Shown piece by piece: positions 14,201-27,249 of a stretch of 64,000 bases of DNA. Positions within the stretch are counted from its first letter, which is position 1; each line of letters begins with the position of its first letter. Made by a program: the position numbers and the translations under genes. The notes below the pieces were generated by a model. The model was not told the origin of the DNA. It saw nothing but the letters and a program-made list of their open reading frames with translations, and searched no databases. This DNA is from Octopus sinensis (lineage: Eukaryota), in NCBI RefSeq assembly GCF_006345805.1, contig NC_043005.1:74090001-74154000 (forward strand). Direction: 5' to 3'.

Positions 14201-16167
14201 AGGAACTTAACAATGTGAGCAGTGAAGCATAACAATGTGCAAATGCTTATATTTGGCAGGGTCTCCACAATTATGACTGTCGAAAGACTTTTTGACATTC
14301 CATTGCTATTTCTTTTCATTGGGCTTTTTGGTCCAACACAAGCTTTTAGTAACAAATATATTGTAGTGGCACAAGCAGTCAGCGCCATATTGGATGAGAT
14401 CTCGCAGCAGCCATTGCCATTTCCAAGACTGGAGCGAGACCTCACTTGCATCCATTTGCGATGGGAAAATGTATATAAGGACAAAACAGATTGAGATTCT
14501 TCCTTCACCTCTTCTTTCCACCTCTTAGCAGCAGCGCTTGCTGAGCACACTCCACTGGCTGAGCCTATCTATATGTTGTACCTCCAAAGGCAATCTGCCC
14601 ACACTAACGGAGCTACTACACAATGCACACAGCTTAAGATGGTTGCTGAGAGCAGCACACTTCACCTATCCTGTGAAATTTGTAAATAAACCAATTGTAA
14701 ATTGCATTTGTACTAGAAGTCTTCTCTTTTCGCCTGCCGGAGCCTGAACTACACGAAGAACAAAATGAGATAATGGAGGAAGGCGATATTCTCCTGATAT
14801 CGTAAACCTTGCCTTCCATTATAATATAATGAAGTGAAAATCAATGATTACTTTTCTCATTCATTCAACATTCTGTTTATCTAATTGTCAAACATCATAA
14901 GATTGTTAGCAACAAAGTTGGTGCTTATCACTTGGTCAACCTTGACTGTACTACTCAATAATCAAAGACATTCCAGCCATAGCCATCTCATTGTCTTTTT
15001 TTCCCTGCCGGAGCCTCCTGAAGTTTTTAAGTGTTTTCGTTCAATAAACACACACAACACCCGGTCTGGGAACCAAAACTGTGATCCTCCGACTGCAAGT
15101 CCGCTTTCCTAACCACTGGGCCATTGCGCCTTCAAGGGAGATTTAAGGGAGGTGTGATTTAAGGGAGATTTAACTGCTATTTTTAGTGGATCAATAAATT
15201 GCATAGATGCTTCCAATTTGGATGGTGGTAGAACAAGGATGCCATTTTACAACTTGCATAATATTTGAAAGATCAGGAAAGGATATAACGAATTTATACT
15301 TACATAGCACATAAGTTAATATTTACACCAAAAGTGATACTTACTGTTATCTGAAATGAAAGAAAGAGGAAAATGCAAGAAATCTTGATAATGTACACCT
15401 CATCATTAATTCATAAAGAAAAATATTGTACACACACACACACGGTTTATAGATAAATCTATTGTTTTATGAATATTATTATTCACAATAGATATTAGGT
15501 ATTGAACCAGTAATTCATTGGATGATACCATCCCTCAATGAGGCTAATTTAACCTCTAATTGAATTTATATATATATGTATATATACATGTGAATAAATA
15601 CACACATACATACACTCAAGCATATAACAAGTTTCTTTCAATTTTGATCCACCAAATCCAGTGTCACGTCTTCTGTCAGCTCAGGACTCTAGTAGAAGAC
15701 ATTTAAGACACTTGCCCAAAGTGCCATGCAGTAAGGCTGAACCTGAAGTCTTGTAGTTACTCTTTTTCTCAGCAAGGAGAAAAAGGCCATTCAGTATCAC
15801 TGATGTTATGCGTCTCCAGTATTTACATTCAAAGGTTCAATTGTACAGCTTGTGGATCAATACAAGTATTGTAAATACCTCACATCAAAATAGCATTTGA
15901 TGTTTGAGGAAATGTAGATATTAAAGAAATATGAAAGAGTCAGTCAATGATAATTCTTAAAAATTTCAGGAATGAGAGAATAAAATTAAGATTTTTAAAT
16001 CATTAATAAAATACAAAATGTATCAGAGTAACAAAATAATAAGAAATACTAACCGCAGTTTTCTAATTCATCAATGCAGTCTGGACAGTCACATCTGTTA
16101 TCACAATTAAATACCTCTGTACATGGCCTTCCTGTAATCATAACATATAATCCATATATATTCACAT

Positions 16168-16213
<46 letters not shown>

Positions 16214-16504
16214 TAATTAACAGAAAACAGGTAAGGTATTCAATACTTTACAAAACATATATGTGTTTTGTCAAAAGGCTGTAATAATTACACAACACTG
16301 GACAAACATGCAATCTTGCACCTCACTTCATCAGTATTCCATAATAAATACTGCATACTAAAATGAAGTGTGATACCCACTACTGAGTGGGTATCACTAG
16401 CCCTAACCCTACTGAGTTCAATCTTTGGTTATGTGTCACAGTTCACAGTGTCTGTGTTTTATATACATATATACATACCTATATCTTTATACAATGTGTA
16501 TGAG

Positions 16505-16559
<55 letters not shown>

Positions 16560-18177
16560 TAGACGGTTTGGAGGATGTAATACATATTATTATATATACA
16601 TCATTTCTGTTTGGTCCATATTCCTTACACTTTTAAATATCATACAAATGTATGCTCTAGTAACTGGGCTGATACTATGATGCTTTCTCATAGTGAATTA
16701 ATGTGTAAAAATGCTCAATTATTAAACAAAACAGTGCAATACAACCAGCCATATGACCACCCATTTGGTTTATTAATTTGCATAATCTTGGTACAGTCTT
16801 AAACTTATTTTGCCAACAATTTTTCATCATTTGAATTAATTGTGCATTAAAATTTTTCGAATTGCAGAAAGATATGTAACACCTATATCATTTGAAAGAG
16901 GAAAATTCTTCATAAACTGTAAAAAATAAAATAATTTTATACAGTTTTGTTAAAAATATATTAATGAAGGAACAGAACTGTCATCATTGGTCTTAAACTT
17001 ATTTTGGCCAGTGTGTGTGTATATACACATATATATATATATATATATAATCGCCATGATAGATCGTTAGCCACTACACACATTCTTTTTCTCTCCTTGT
17101 TTTTTTCTGTGTCCCTTTCTATAGAAGAGCATAGGCTTGAAATGTAAAAGACTTTTTCTATTCCTGAGCGTTAAACTAATACATCTGTTTGTTTTGTACA
17201 CCACCTGTCTTCGTCTTTTGTTTTTTTCCGTAAACTCTCCCTATATATATATATATATATATTACATAAATGAAAATTGCTGGTAATATAATTTTCATAA
17301 GGCAGACAGAAGAAAATTCTCACAGTTTCTAATTTTATCTTTGTTTTCTGTTTAGCAATTTGTTTCCCATTTCACTATTTCATCTGAGCCACATTGCAGG
17401 CTGCTTAATTATCTTACACAGTTTTATGAATGAAAATTCTACATCTAGTGCTAGAATCACCATTTTTCTACCTAAATTCTATCTCTTTCTTTCATCAACA
17501 TGTTAATATTTATATGTGAATGACAGTATGTGAAAGATGGTATATGAAAGGCATTATGTGAAAGACATTATGTGAATGGCCAACAATGCCTTCAGTTAAC
17601 AAAACTGAATTGCACCATTATTTTATTTTATTTATTCATTTATTCCATACATAAATATTCACATATGCATAATAGACATACAATATTATATACATTAACA
17701 GAAACATCACCCTTCTAGCAGTTCCCTGCTACTATATGCCATCTTCATTTGTATGAAACTGCTGCAATGTGTGTGTATCTGCCAAAATACATACATAATT
17801 CCTGCATTTGCGAACATTAACAGTGTGGAAATCCTCAAAACGGAAAAACTAAAGCTGAACCTATCACTTAAGGATATTCCACTACCAGGTAAGGATGAAT
17901 ACATAAGTCTACTAATTCACAGCACTAATGAATTGATCCACTGTATACAGTTTACTCTTTTACTTGTTTCAGTCATTTGACTGTGGCCATGCTGGAGCAC
18001 CACCTTTAGTCAAGCAAATCAACACCAGGACTTATTCTTTGTAAGCCTAGTGCTTATTCTATTGGTCTCTTTTGCCGAACCGCTAAGGTACGGGGACGTA
18101 AACACACCAGCATTGGTTGTCAAGCGATGTTGGGGGGACAAACACAGACACACAAACATATACACACACATACATAT

Positions 18178-18229
<52 letters not shown>

Positions 18230-21200
18230 TACGACGGGCTTCTTTCAGTTTCTGTCTACCAAATCCACTCACAAGGCTTTGGTCAGCCTGAGGCTATAGT
18301 AGAAGACACTTGCCCAGGTTGCCATGCAGTAGGACCGAACCCAGGACCATGTGGTTGGTAAGCAAGCTACTTACCACACAGCCACTCCTACACCTATAAG
18401 ATAGAAAGTTTACTTCTTTGTAAATAACTCATGTGTCAATTCCTCACTCTCTTCATCTTTCACTGTAGCTCTACAGAAATTGTAGTCAATTATACTGACC
18501 CAGTGTTTTTGTAAGGTACTTCGTGTATATATTTGTTTGTCTCTTTACATTTTCACTTATTTCTAAATATTCTTGTACTCCATTATTCATATAAATTGAC
18601 ATTACACATCCTCTGCTTCTCAAAGCTAGCTAGTCTCATCCACCACTCAGATATTACTTACCCACTCATCTCTCCATCATCCTTTGTTCATCGAAACTCA
18701 CCTTTCCAGGTACTAACCCCTATCCCAATCTTTCCTCCCCAGAACATTGTCCCACTGAAAGCTCCTTCCAGCTCATGTCTTTCTTATAACTACTCACTTG
18801 CAACAATTTAAACCAGACATTAACAGCATCACTCTTAGCAGTGTCACAGGGCCTGCAAGGACCATGGGGTTTGCCCCTTCCTCCAAACTCACCGAATAAA
18901 AATAAAAAAAATTTTTTAAGTATATTTACCACAGTAAGGACAGCATTTTCCGAACATATAATATTTTTTATACGGTGGGAAGCACTCAATGTCACAAACT
19001 GTTGTATCACAATCAATGCTATTCACTCCAACACAAGTACAAGTTTTGCAGTTGTTTACACTCCAGGTATCATTGATCTAAAACAAAAACAATTATTCAA
19101 CATAACACTATATATATATATTCTGTTAAAGTATTTTTTTTTTGAGATGCTCTGTAATTCCTTCAGTTATTTTAAATATAATAAAGAATTTAGAAAAAAT
19201 AACTTAGTTATCATTAAGCTAGTGTTAGAAACATATATTGTGACTAAGTTTTGGTGGAAGATTCTAATTCAAAACTTATGAAAACAAGACATTTGTACTA
19301 CAGAGTCAGAGCTGGTTTCAGCTGGGTTGGTAGCGAAAGGGTTAAAACTGTTTTGAAAAAGAAGAAAAACTTAATATAACTTATATGTTATGAAAGAAAT
19401 AAAGATAAAGAATATAGAGATTATAAATCTGTTGTTACTTACTGCAACACAGTCGTCAAGGCTTTTAGCAAAACAGCCACCATTACAGACAACAGGTGTA
19501 GTACTCTCAGTAGCTCCAAAAGTGGTCATAAATGATGGAGATGAGGTTACTGGAGCAGTGGTGCTGTAAAGAATGATGAATATAGAAAAGAATGAACAGT
19601 TCATCTTTAACAAGAGACCTTCCATGAATAAACACTTTAACCCTTTAGCATTCAGATTACTTTGTCAAATGTAAGGATCATTTATTCACACTGCCTTTGA
19701 ATTAATCTTGCATGATCTTGTAGCTTTGAGATTTCAGTGATATGATTGTTTATTTTTAGAATGATATTGTAGGGTATGTAGGAGAGGCTGGATCTGGCCA
19801 GTTTGAACATAAAAGAGGTAGAATATTTGGGCCTGATATGGCCGATTTAAATGCTAATGGGTTAAGGAATAATCACATAAGCATAAAAAAATGGTAAATT
19901 TCACAAACGGTGTACATAAAAGAAAAAATTGAATTTGGTACCAAAACACAATTTCAAAGGGAATAAAGATTAACCAACTAATAAACAAATTTTGGAACAT
20001 GAATATTCAAAAATACTAAAACAAAATGCAAATATGTAGAAAAGCCTCTACAAACATATGCCCTCGTTAGCACTCAGCCATAAAAGTTTATTGAATAAAA
20101 TAAATTTTTAATATTTAGAAATTATTATTTTGTAAATGTTATTATTTTGTAAATGTGAACACTGGATAGATGTGGATATATATATATATATATGTGTATA
20201 TATATATATATACACACACACATATATATACATACACATGCACACACACACACTCAATAACTGTGTTCAAAAGTAGACAAGAGTTGACAGGAAGAGCATC
20301 CAGTTGTAAAATAATGCTGATGAAGACTTTGCCTTCATCCTTTCAGGGCCAATAAAATAAAGTACCTGTTTAGCACTGGGGTTGGTAAAATGAGCACCAG
20401 TTGAGCATTGGGGGATGGGGTCAATAAAATAAGAACTGGTTGAGCCCTGGAGTTGAGAAAATCAGAACCACTTAAACACTGAAATCAGCGTAATTGATTT
20501 CCTGACTTCTTAAAATTGCTGGCCTTGTGCTAAAATTTGAAAGTATTGCTATGAATAACTCTTACCATTCATATTCCTTACAGGTAATATTGCCATACAA
20601 ACATGTACAGTTGGTACAGGGAATACGGTTACCATTTTCATCTTCTGGGTAAAAAACACCACCATGCTAAGAAAAATATAAATTAATGGAAAATTTTTAT
20701 ACATGACAATATGACATTACTTTAATGATTTATCTAATTATTCTACTTATTAACAAATTCACTAATTCTTCAGATTTTTAGTTTTATCCTAAATCTTGTG
20801 AATATAGGCAGACATTCTAGAACAGAGATACAACCACTTTGAATAAGATGCAGGTCTAAGTGTACGTTGGCCCAGGGAGGGGTTTGATGCTAGCCATTTG
20901 ATTTAATGAAACTACCATCAGTTATACAGTGCTCCTGCTGACATCCATCCAATTTCTCTGTCCACTGTTCTAGGAAAGGGTCATGGAGGAAAAGTCCTCA
21001 GCTACTTCCTCCACAGAGTCCTATCAGAAGCAACAGTCATTACACTTTCTAGCTGGATTCCCAAGTGTGACTCAACTTAGACTATGGATATTATCGAACG
21101 ATCTCGTTTTTGATCTACCCCTAGGTTTCCTACTGGTTGGCTCAGCTTGAAGAATCTGTCTTGTGATACTTTTCTGCAACATTCTAATCATATGTCCATA

Positions 21201-22409
21201 GTACCAGAGTTGTAACTGCTCAGTGCAGAGTAGTAGCTCAACCTGGGGAGATTCTCTCAGCTCCAAGCTTTACACTCTGTTGAGTAACATTACTCCAGAG
21301 ATCCTTTGAAGGAACGTTTATGATTGTAGGTAAGGATAGGCACAAAAACTGAATCAAAGATTATGTGTTTGGCCCCTATGTCTCCTGCTGGCTATTTTGG
21401 CTTGAAGAACCACTCTTATGATTCTTTCCTGCAACATTCTAATCAAATATCCATAGCACCAGAGCTGTGGGCCCTCAATGCAGAGAAGAAGTGGCTCACC
21501 CTAGGAGACACTTTGATCTCTGAGCTACCGTTCAGAGGAACTGCATTTTGGTTACTTGTATTCACAGTCATGATCTTTTGGTCCTTACCCAATATTCACG
21601 AACATAGGTGAGGATAGGCACAAAAACTGAATTAAAGATAGTGAGTTTGGCTTTTTAACCATCTTCTCCTCTTCTGAAGATCAAATGCTGTACCAGCACC
21701 TGAAACTCTCACATCCAATTCAGCTTCCTGCCTCCCATGAATACAGACCTGGGATACTTAAATTTTTCCACTGGTGCTTAAACTTAAGTAAGTTTAAGTA
21801 CAAATCCCAATTGTTTACATTTCAAAGCTACAAGGGGGCACTGAAAAGTTCCTGGCTTTGGATAAATGAAAACAGAGGAGGATCAGTTAATTATGATTTT
21901 ATTCAATATATTCCCCTTCTCAGATTCATACACTTATTGCAGTGGTCCTCCAGCCTTGTAAAAGAAGGTCAAAAGGTTGGGTCTCAGACCAGACTTTCAT
22001 GACTCCTTAAAAGCCAGGAACTTTTTGGCACCCCTCATATGTGGGTAGTAGCTCTGTAATAGTTAAATTATGTTGCCGTGGCAATGCAGTGCTTGAGACA
22101 GGATATGAACTGAGGATCTGTTAGTACTGATGACCAATACATTGCTAACAAAAGAACTGCTTTCAGATCAGCCACAAGAAGAAGAAGAAGAAGAAGAAGA
22201 AGAAGAAGAAGAAGAAGAAGAAGAAGAAGAAGAAAAGAAGAAGAAGAAGAAGAAAGAGAAGAAGAAGAAGAAGAAGAAGAAGAAGAAGAATAAAAGAAGA
22301 AGAAGAAGAAGAAGAAGAAGAAGAAGAAGAAGAAGAAGAAGAAGAAGAAGAAGAAGAAGAAGAAGAAGAAGAAGAAGAAGAAGAAGAAGAAGAAGAAGAA
22401 GAAGAAGAA

Positions 22410-22453
<44 letters not shown>

Positions 22454-23298
22454 TGGAAACAAATTTAAAAAGGTAAGGTAGACATTTATCCATTTTAGCC
22501 ACCTACAGATAATTCCTTGTGTAACCATTTTGCAAGTTTTGAAATGTTTCAAGAAGTTATAAGCGATGATTGATCATTTAGCTAAGAAGTTCTATGGAAA
22601 GAGATTGTTTTTTTTTTTGTTTGTTTTTTTTTATGTGCATATGTGCACAGATAAAACATGGATAAACCATTTGATATCCTGGAAGAAGAAAATGGGCATC
22701 CTTTACAGGATTCCGTTATATATGAAGACGATAAAGTAAGAGACAAATGTGTAATTAGAAGAGATTTTATGGTTTCCCTTGAAATTAAAGAAGACACACT
22801 TTTTCTTTATTTTATTTTTTTTTTTGCTTATACATTTACTTTCGTTTTTATTCATAAATTACACAGCAAGTATTTCAGCAGAGTCTTTCTTTCTCATCTA
22901 TTCAGCCATGGAATCATTATATATATTATATATATATATATATACTTCTATATTACATATATATATATATACACACTTCTATATTACATACATATATATA
23001 TATATATATATATACATATATACTTCTATAATATATGTGTGTATATATATATATATATAATATATACATACATATATACTTCTATATTATATATATATAT
23101 GTGTGTATATATATTATATATATATATATATATATAGGTGTGTGTATATATATATATATATGTACATATATACTTCTATATTATATATATGTGTGTGTAT
23201 ATATATATATATATATATTGTGTGTGTGTGTGTGTATATATATATATTGTGTGTGTGTGTGTATATATGTGTGTGTATATAATATATATATATATATT

Positions 23299-23347
<49 letters not shown>

Positions 23348-23660
23348 GTATGTGTGTATAACATAACTATATACTTACAGGATATCTCTGGCCATTCAAG
23401 AAACAGTCATCACACTCCTCGTTCTTGACACATATAAGAAGGTGTTGTTTTATGCTTTCTTTTGTATAACCTTCGGGGCATTCGCAGCCATGACTCATCT
23501 GCACAAGGCTCTTATTCAAATACGAACTCAATATGTAGTCTTCACACGTTATTGGCCGTATTTTACAGGGAATTATGCAAGAAGCAATATCATATTCATA
23601 ACAGGTGGCTGTAAAAGGAAAACATAAACAACATCACTTCCAGTCTGACATTTCAGATTT

Positions 23661-23694
<34 letters not shown>

Positions 23695-24664
23695 GTTTAA
23701 CGTCTGTTTTCCATGCTAGCATGGGTTGGATGGTTTGACCAGGGTCTGGGAAGCCAGGAGGCTGCACCAGGCACCAGTCTGATCTGGCAGTGTTTCTACA
23801 GCTGGGAGCCCTTCCTAACGCCAACCACTCTGTGAGTATAGTGGGTGATTTTTATATGCCACTGGCACAGGTGCCAGGGGAGGCTGGCAACGGCCATGAT
23901 CAGTTGGTGCTTTTTACATGCCATCGGCATGGAAGCCAGTCAAGGGTGGCGCTGGCATCAACCACATATGGATGGTGCTTTTTACATGCCACTGCCACAG
24001 GTGCCAGGGGAGGCTGGCAACGGCCATGATCAGTTGGTGCTTTTTACATGCCACCGGCACAGAAGCCAGTCAAGGGTGGCGCTGGCATCAACCACGTACG
24101 GACGGTGCTTTTTATGTGCCACTGACTCAGGTGCCAGGGTAGGCTGGCAACAGCCATGATCGGTTGGTGCTTTTTATGTTCCACATTTATTTATTTACAG
24201 TTTCCTATTTCTTTATTACCCTCAAGGGGCTAAACATAGAGGGGACAAACAAGGACAGACAAACTGATGAAGTCGATTACATCGGACCCCAGTGCATAAA
24301 TGGTACTTAATTTATCGACCCCGAAAGGATGAAAGCCAAAGTCGATCTTGGCAGAATTTGAACTCAGAATGCAGCGGCGGACGAAATATCACAAAGCATT
24401 TCGCCCGGTGTGCTAACGTTTCTGCTAGCTGGCCGCCTTATTTATTTACAGTTTCCATGAATCTTTTATCTTCCACTTGCTTCTGATATTAGACTGTGGC
24501 CATGCTGGGACACCACCTTGAAGAATCAACCCCACTACTTAATTTCCCTTTTTCTTTTCAAGCCTGGTACTTATTATATCAGTATCTTTTGCCAAACTGC
24601 TAAGTTATGAGGAGGTTAAAACATAAACACTACTTGTTAAGCAGTGGTGGAAGACAAAGAGACG

Positions 24665-24713
<49 letters not shown>

Positions 24714-24801
24714 GATACATACACACATATATATATATATATATGTGTATGTATCTATATATATATATGTGTATATATATATATACATGTGTGTGTGTGT
24801 A

Positions 24802-24864
<63 letters not shown>

Positions 24865-24890
24865 ACACACACACACACACATATATATAT

Positions 24891-24921
<31 letters not shown>

Positions 24922-25841
24922 ATATATATATGACAGGCGTTTTTCAGTTTAGCACCTACTAAATCCACTCACAAGGCTCGGTAAGTCCAAGGCTATAGCA
25001 GAAGACACTTGCCCAAGGTGCCACATAGTAAAACTGAACCTGGAACCATGTGGTTGGAAAGCAAACTTCTTATCACATAGCTATACCTGCACCTGAATCA
25101 TAATTTGTTTTTTTAAACTCTTATTGGCACAATATTTTGTACTAATGAATCCCTTTTCCTTAATTAAATACTCAACCTAAAAGTTAGTCTAAAATCCATT
25201 ATGATAATCTTATAGACTGAAGTGAACTGATTGATGTGTCATAAGTAAATAGATAACTACTGTCTTGAATCCCTGGATTAATCGGGAAAGTTATCAGGTT
25301 TCCATGGTATGTAAGTGACCGAGATTACAGTTCCCCTCAACAGAATGCCAGTCAATGGCAGGATTTCACATTTATATCTGAGTGGAGGGGAGCGGTGTGA
25401 AATGAAGTACTTTGTGCAAGAACACAATGCACTGACCGATTCCGGAATAGAAACCACAATCTTGTGATCATGAGTGGAACATCTTACCACTAGTGTTGGA
25501 TGAAATATATTGTGGTATCTTTTCCACTACCTTATATTCTAAGATCAAATTGTACAGAAGTCAACTCTGCCTTTCATCTTTCATCACTTGTTCAGGACAA
25601 CTCAGTTGTGAACCCTGATACACTTATCACAGTTTGAACATAGGTCATAGGTCATGGATGATATTTTCAGTTACTTTTTTTTATAATTTACTGTTCATAG
25701 GTGCAGGTATAGCTGTGTGGTTAAGAAGCTTGGTTCTCAACCATGTGTGCAGGTTCAGTCCCACTGTGTAGCACTTTACCCAAGTGTCTTCTCCTATAGC
25801 ATCGGGAGTAGATTTGATAGATGGAAGCTGAAAGAAGCCCA

Positions 25842-25873
<32 letters not shown>

Positions 25874-27216
25874 ACGCGCTTATACAACCACAAAAGCATA
25901 GGAACTCCTAGAACAAAATAGAACATTTTCTAATATGGGATGATATTCCACAAAGTTGACTGATTAATAACCAGGACAACAATGCTTGACCTAAATGTAG
26001 CCTGGACCTAGTTACAGAAGCTGTAGACCTTGCTATATTATCACCCTCTTATTAAAACTGTCTTTTACCTAACTCAAAGAAATCAATACTTACTTGTGGT
26101 AGTTACATTTTGACAAGAACAACAGCCATCTTCTCGGAGAAAAGGTGTGGTACCCTAAATGTAAAAAAAAAAAGTAAAAAAGAAAAAGAAATGTGATGTG
26201 AATTTTCTAACAGAGTACATGATTGATAACTTTAATTAAAAACATTTCAGCTCTGATCAAACTATCTTTATTCTTGGGCATAGTATATCCAGGAATACAT
26301 TATCCAATGTATCTTTCGATCCCACAAGATGATGAAGTGCAATGTAAAGTAGATTTGATCGCTTTTCCCAGCAAGTTACTATGTAAGGATTTCTATGTTG
26401 ACTTCATCTATTGATGAAAAAATGGTTTCAAATTTTGGCGCAAGGCCAGCAGTTTTTGAGGAGAAGTATAAGTCAATTACCTCAACCCCAGTACAGGACT
26501 GGTACTTATTTTAACAACCCCAAAAAGATGAAAGGCCTCAACAGTATTTGAACTCAGAACATAAATTCAGGAGAAATGCTACAAGCATTTTACCTGACAT
26601 GCTAATGATTCTTCCAGCTTGGAATTATCTAAAAGTACCATAAAGTTAACTGTCTAAACAGTTCCAAGAGAAATCAATGAAGATTGCAATGATGATTCCA
26701 GAGAAATCATTACCATGCCAGTTATCTTACAATTTATCACAAGCCAACAAGGACACTGCTACATGGCAAGTTAACTTGTAAGAAACAGCAGCTGAATTAT
26801 CTTCAAAATACATCCTATCAAATTAAAGGGGAAGGATATATTTAAAAAAGGACATGCTGCATAATGTAATCAAGGTTCTCAATGCTGACATACCTAGGAA
26901 GACTTGATCTCTTCAATCACAACTGATGCGAGGCAAACAAAAACAACAATCATAATTCATTGCACAAATTCAGCAGCAGCAGCAGTGGCAGCACTGCCGC
27001 CACCACCACCACCATCATCACTTTAATATTCATTTTTCCATGTTTGCATCTATCAGATGGAATTCATTGATGCAGATTTTCTATGGCCAGATTCTTTTCC
27101 TGTGGCTTTTCAAACAGGATAATATTTTTCATGACCAGACATGTTTCCCAAAGAAAACTGGAAATGATTAACATTGCAGACAAGGCGACACACACACACA
27201 CACACACATGCACGCA

Positions 27217-27249
<33 letters not shown>

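Noticed and set aside
17707-17904. Possible missing LDLa N-terminal exon between exons 21 and 22
   Set aside because: No frame gives a Cys pattern with compatible phases, and exon 22 already has six Cys and joins exon 21 in frame.
18798-18852. Candidate exon cttgcag|gccctgtg...gttgcaa|gtgagt
   Set aside because: It cannot be read as phase 1-1, and there is almost no pyrimidine tract.
18841-19281. 146-aa plus-strand ORF
   Set aside because: It is the antisense shadow of exon 21 plus a MITE; no independent evidence.
22068-22552. ORFs with poly-E/K/R/F/S runs
   Set aside because: They are translations of the (GAA)n/(AAT)n microsatellite.
22779-23428. Many YI/CV-repeat ORFs (also at 24630-24968, 29553-30266 and 42789-43957)
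   Set aside because: They are translations of TA/CA microsatellite tracts with no coding signal.
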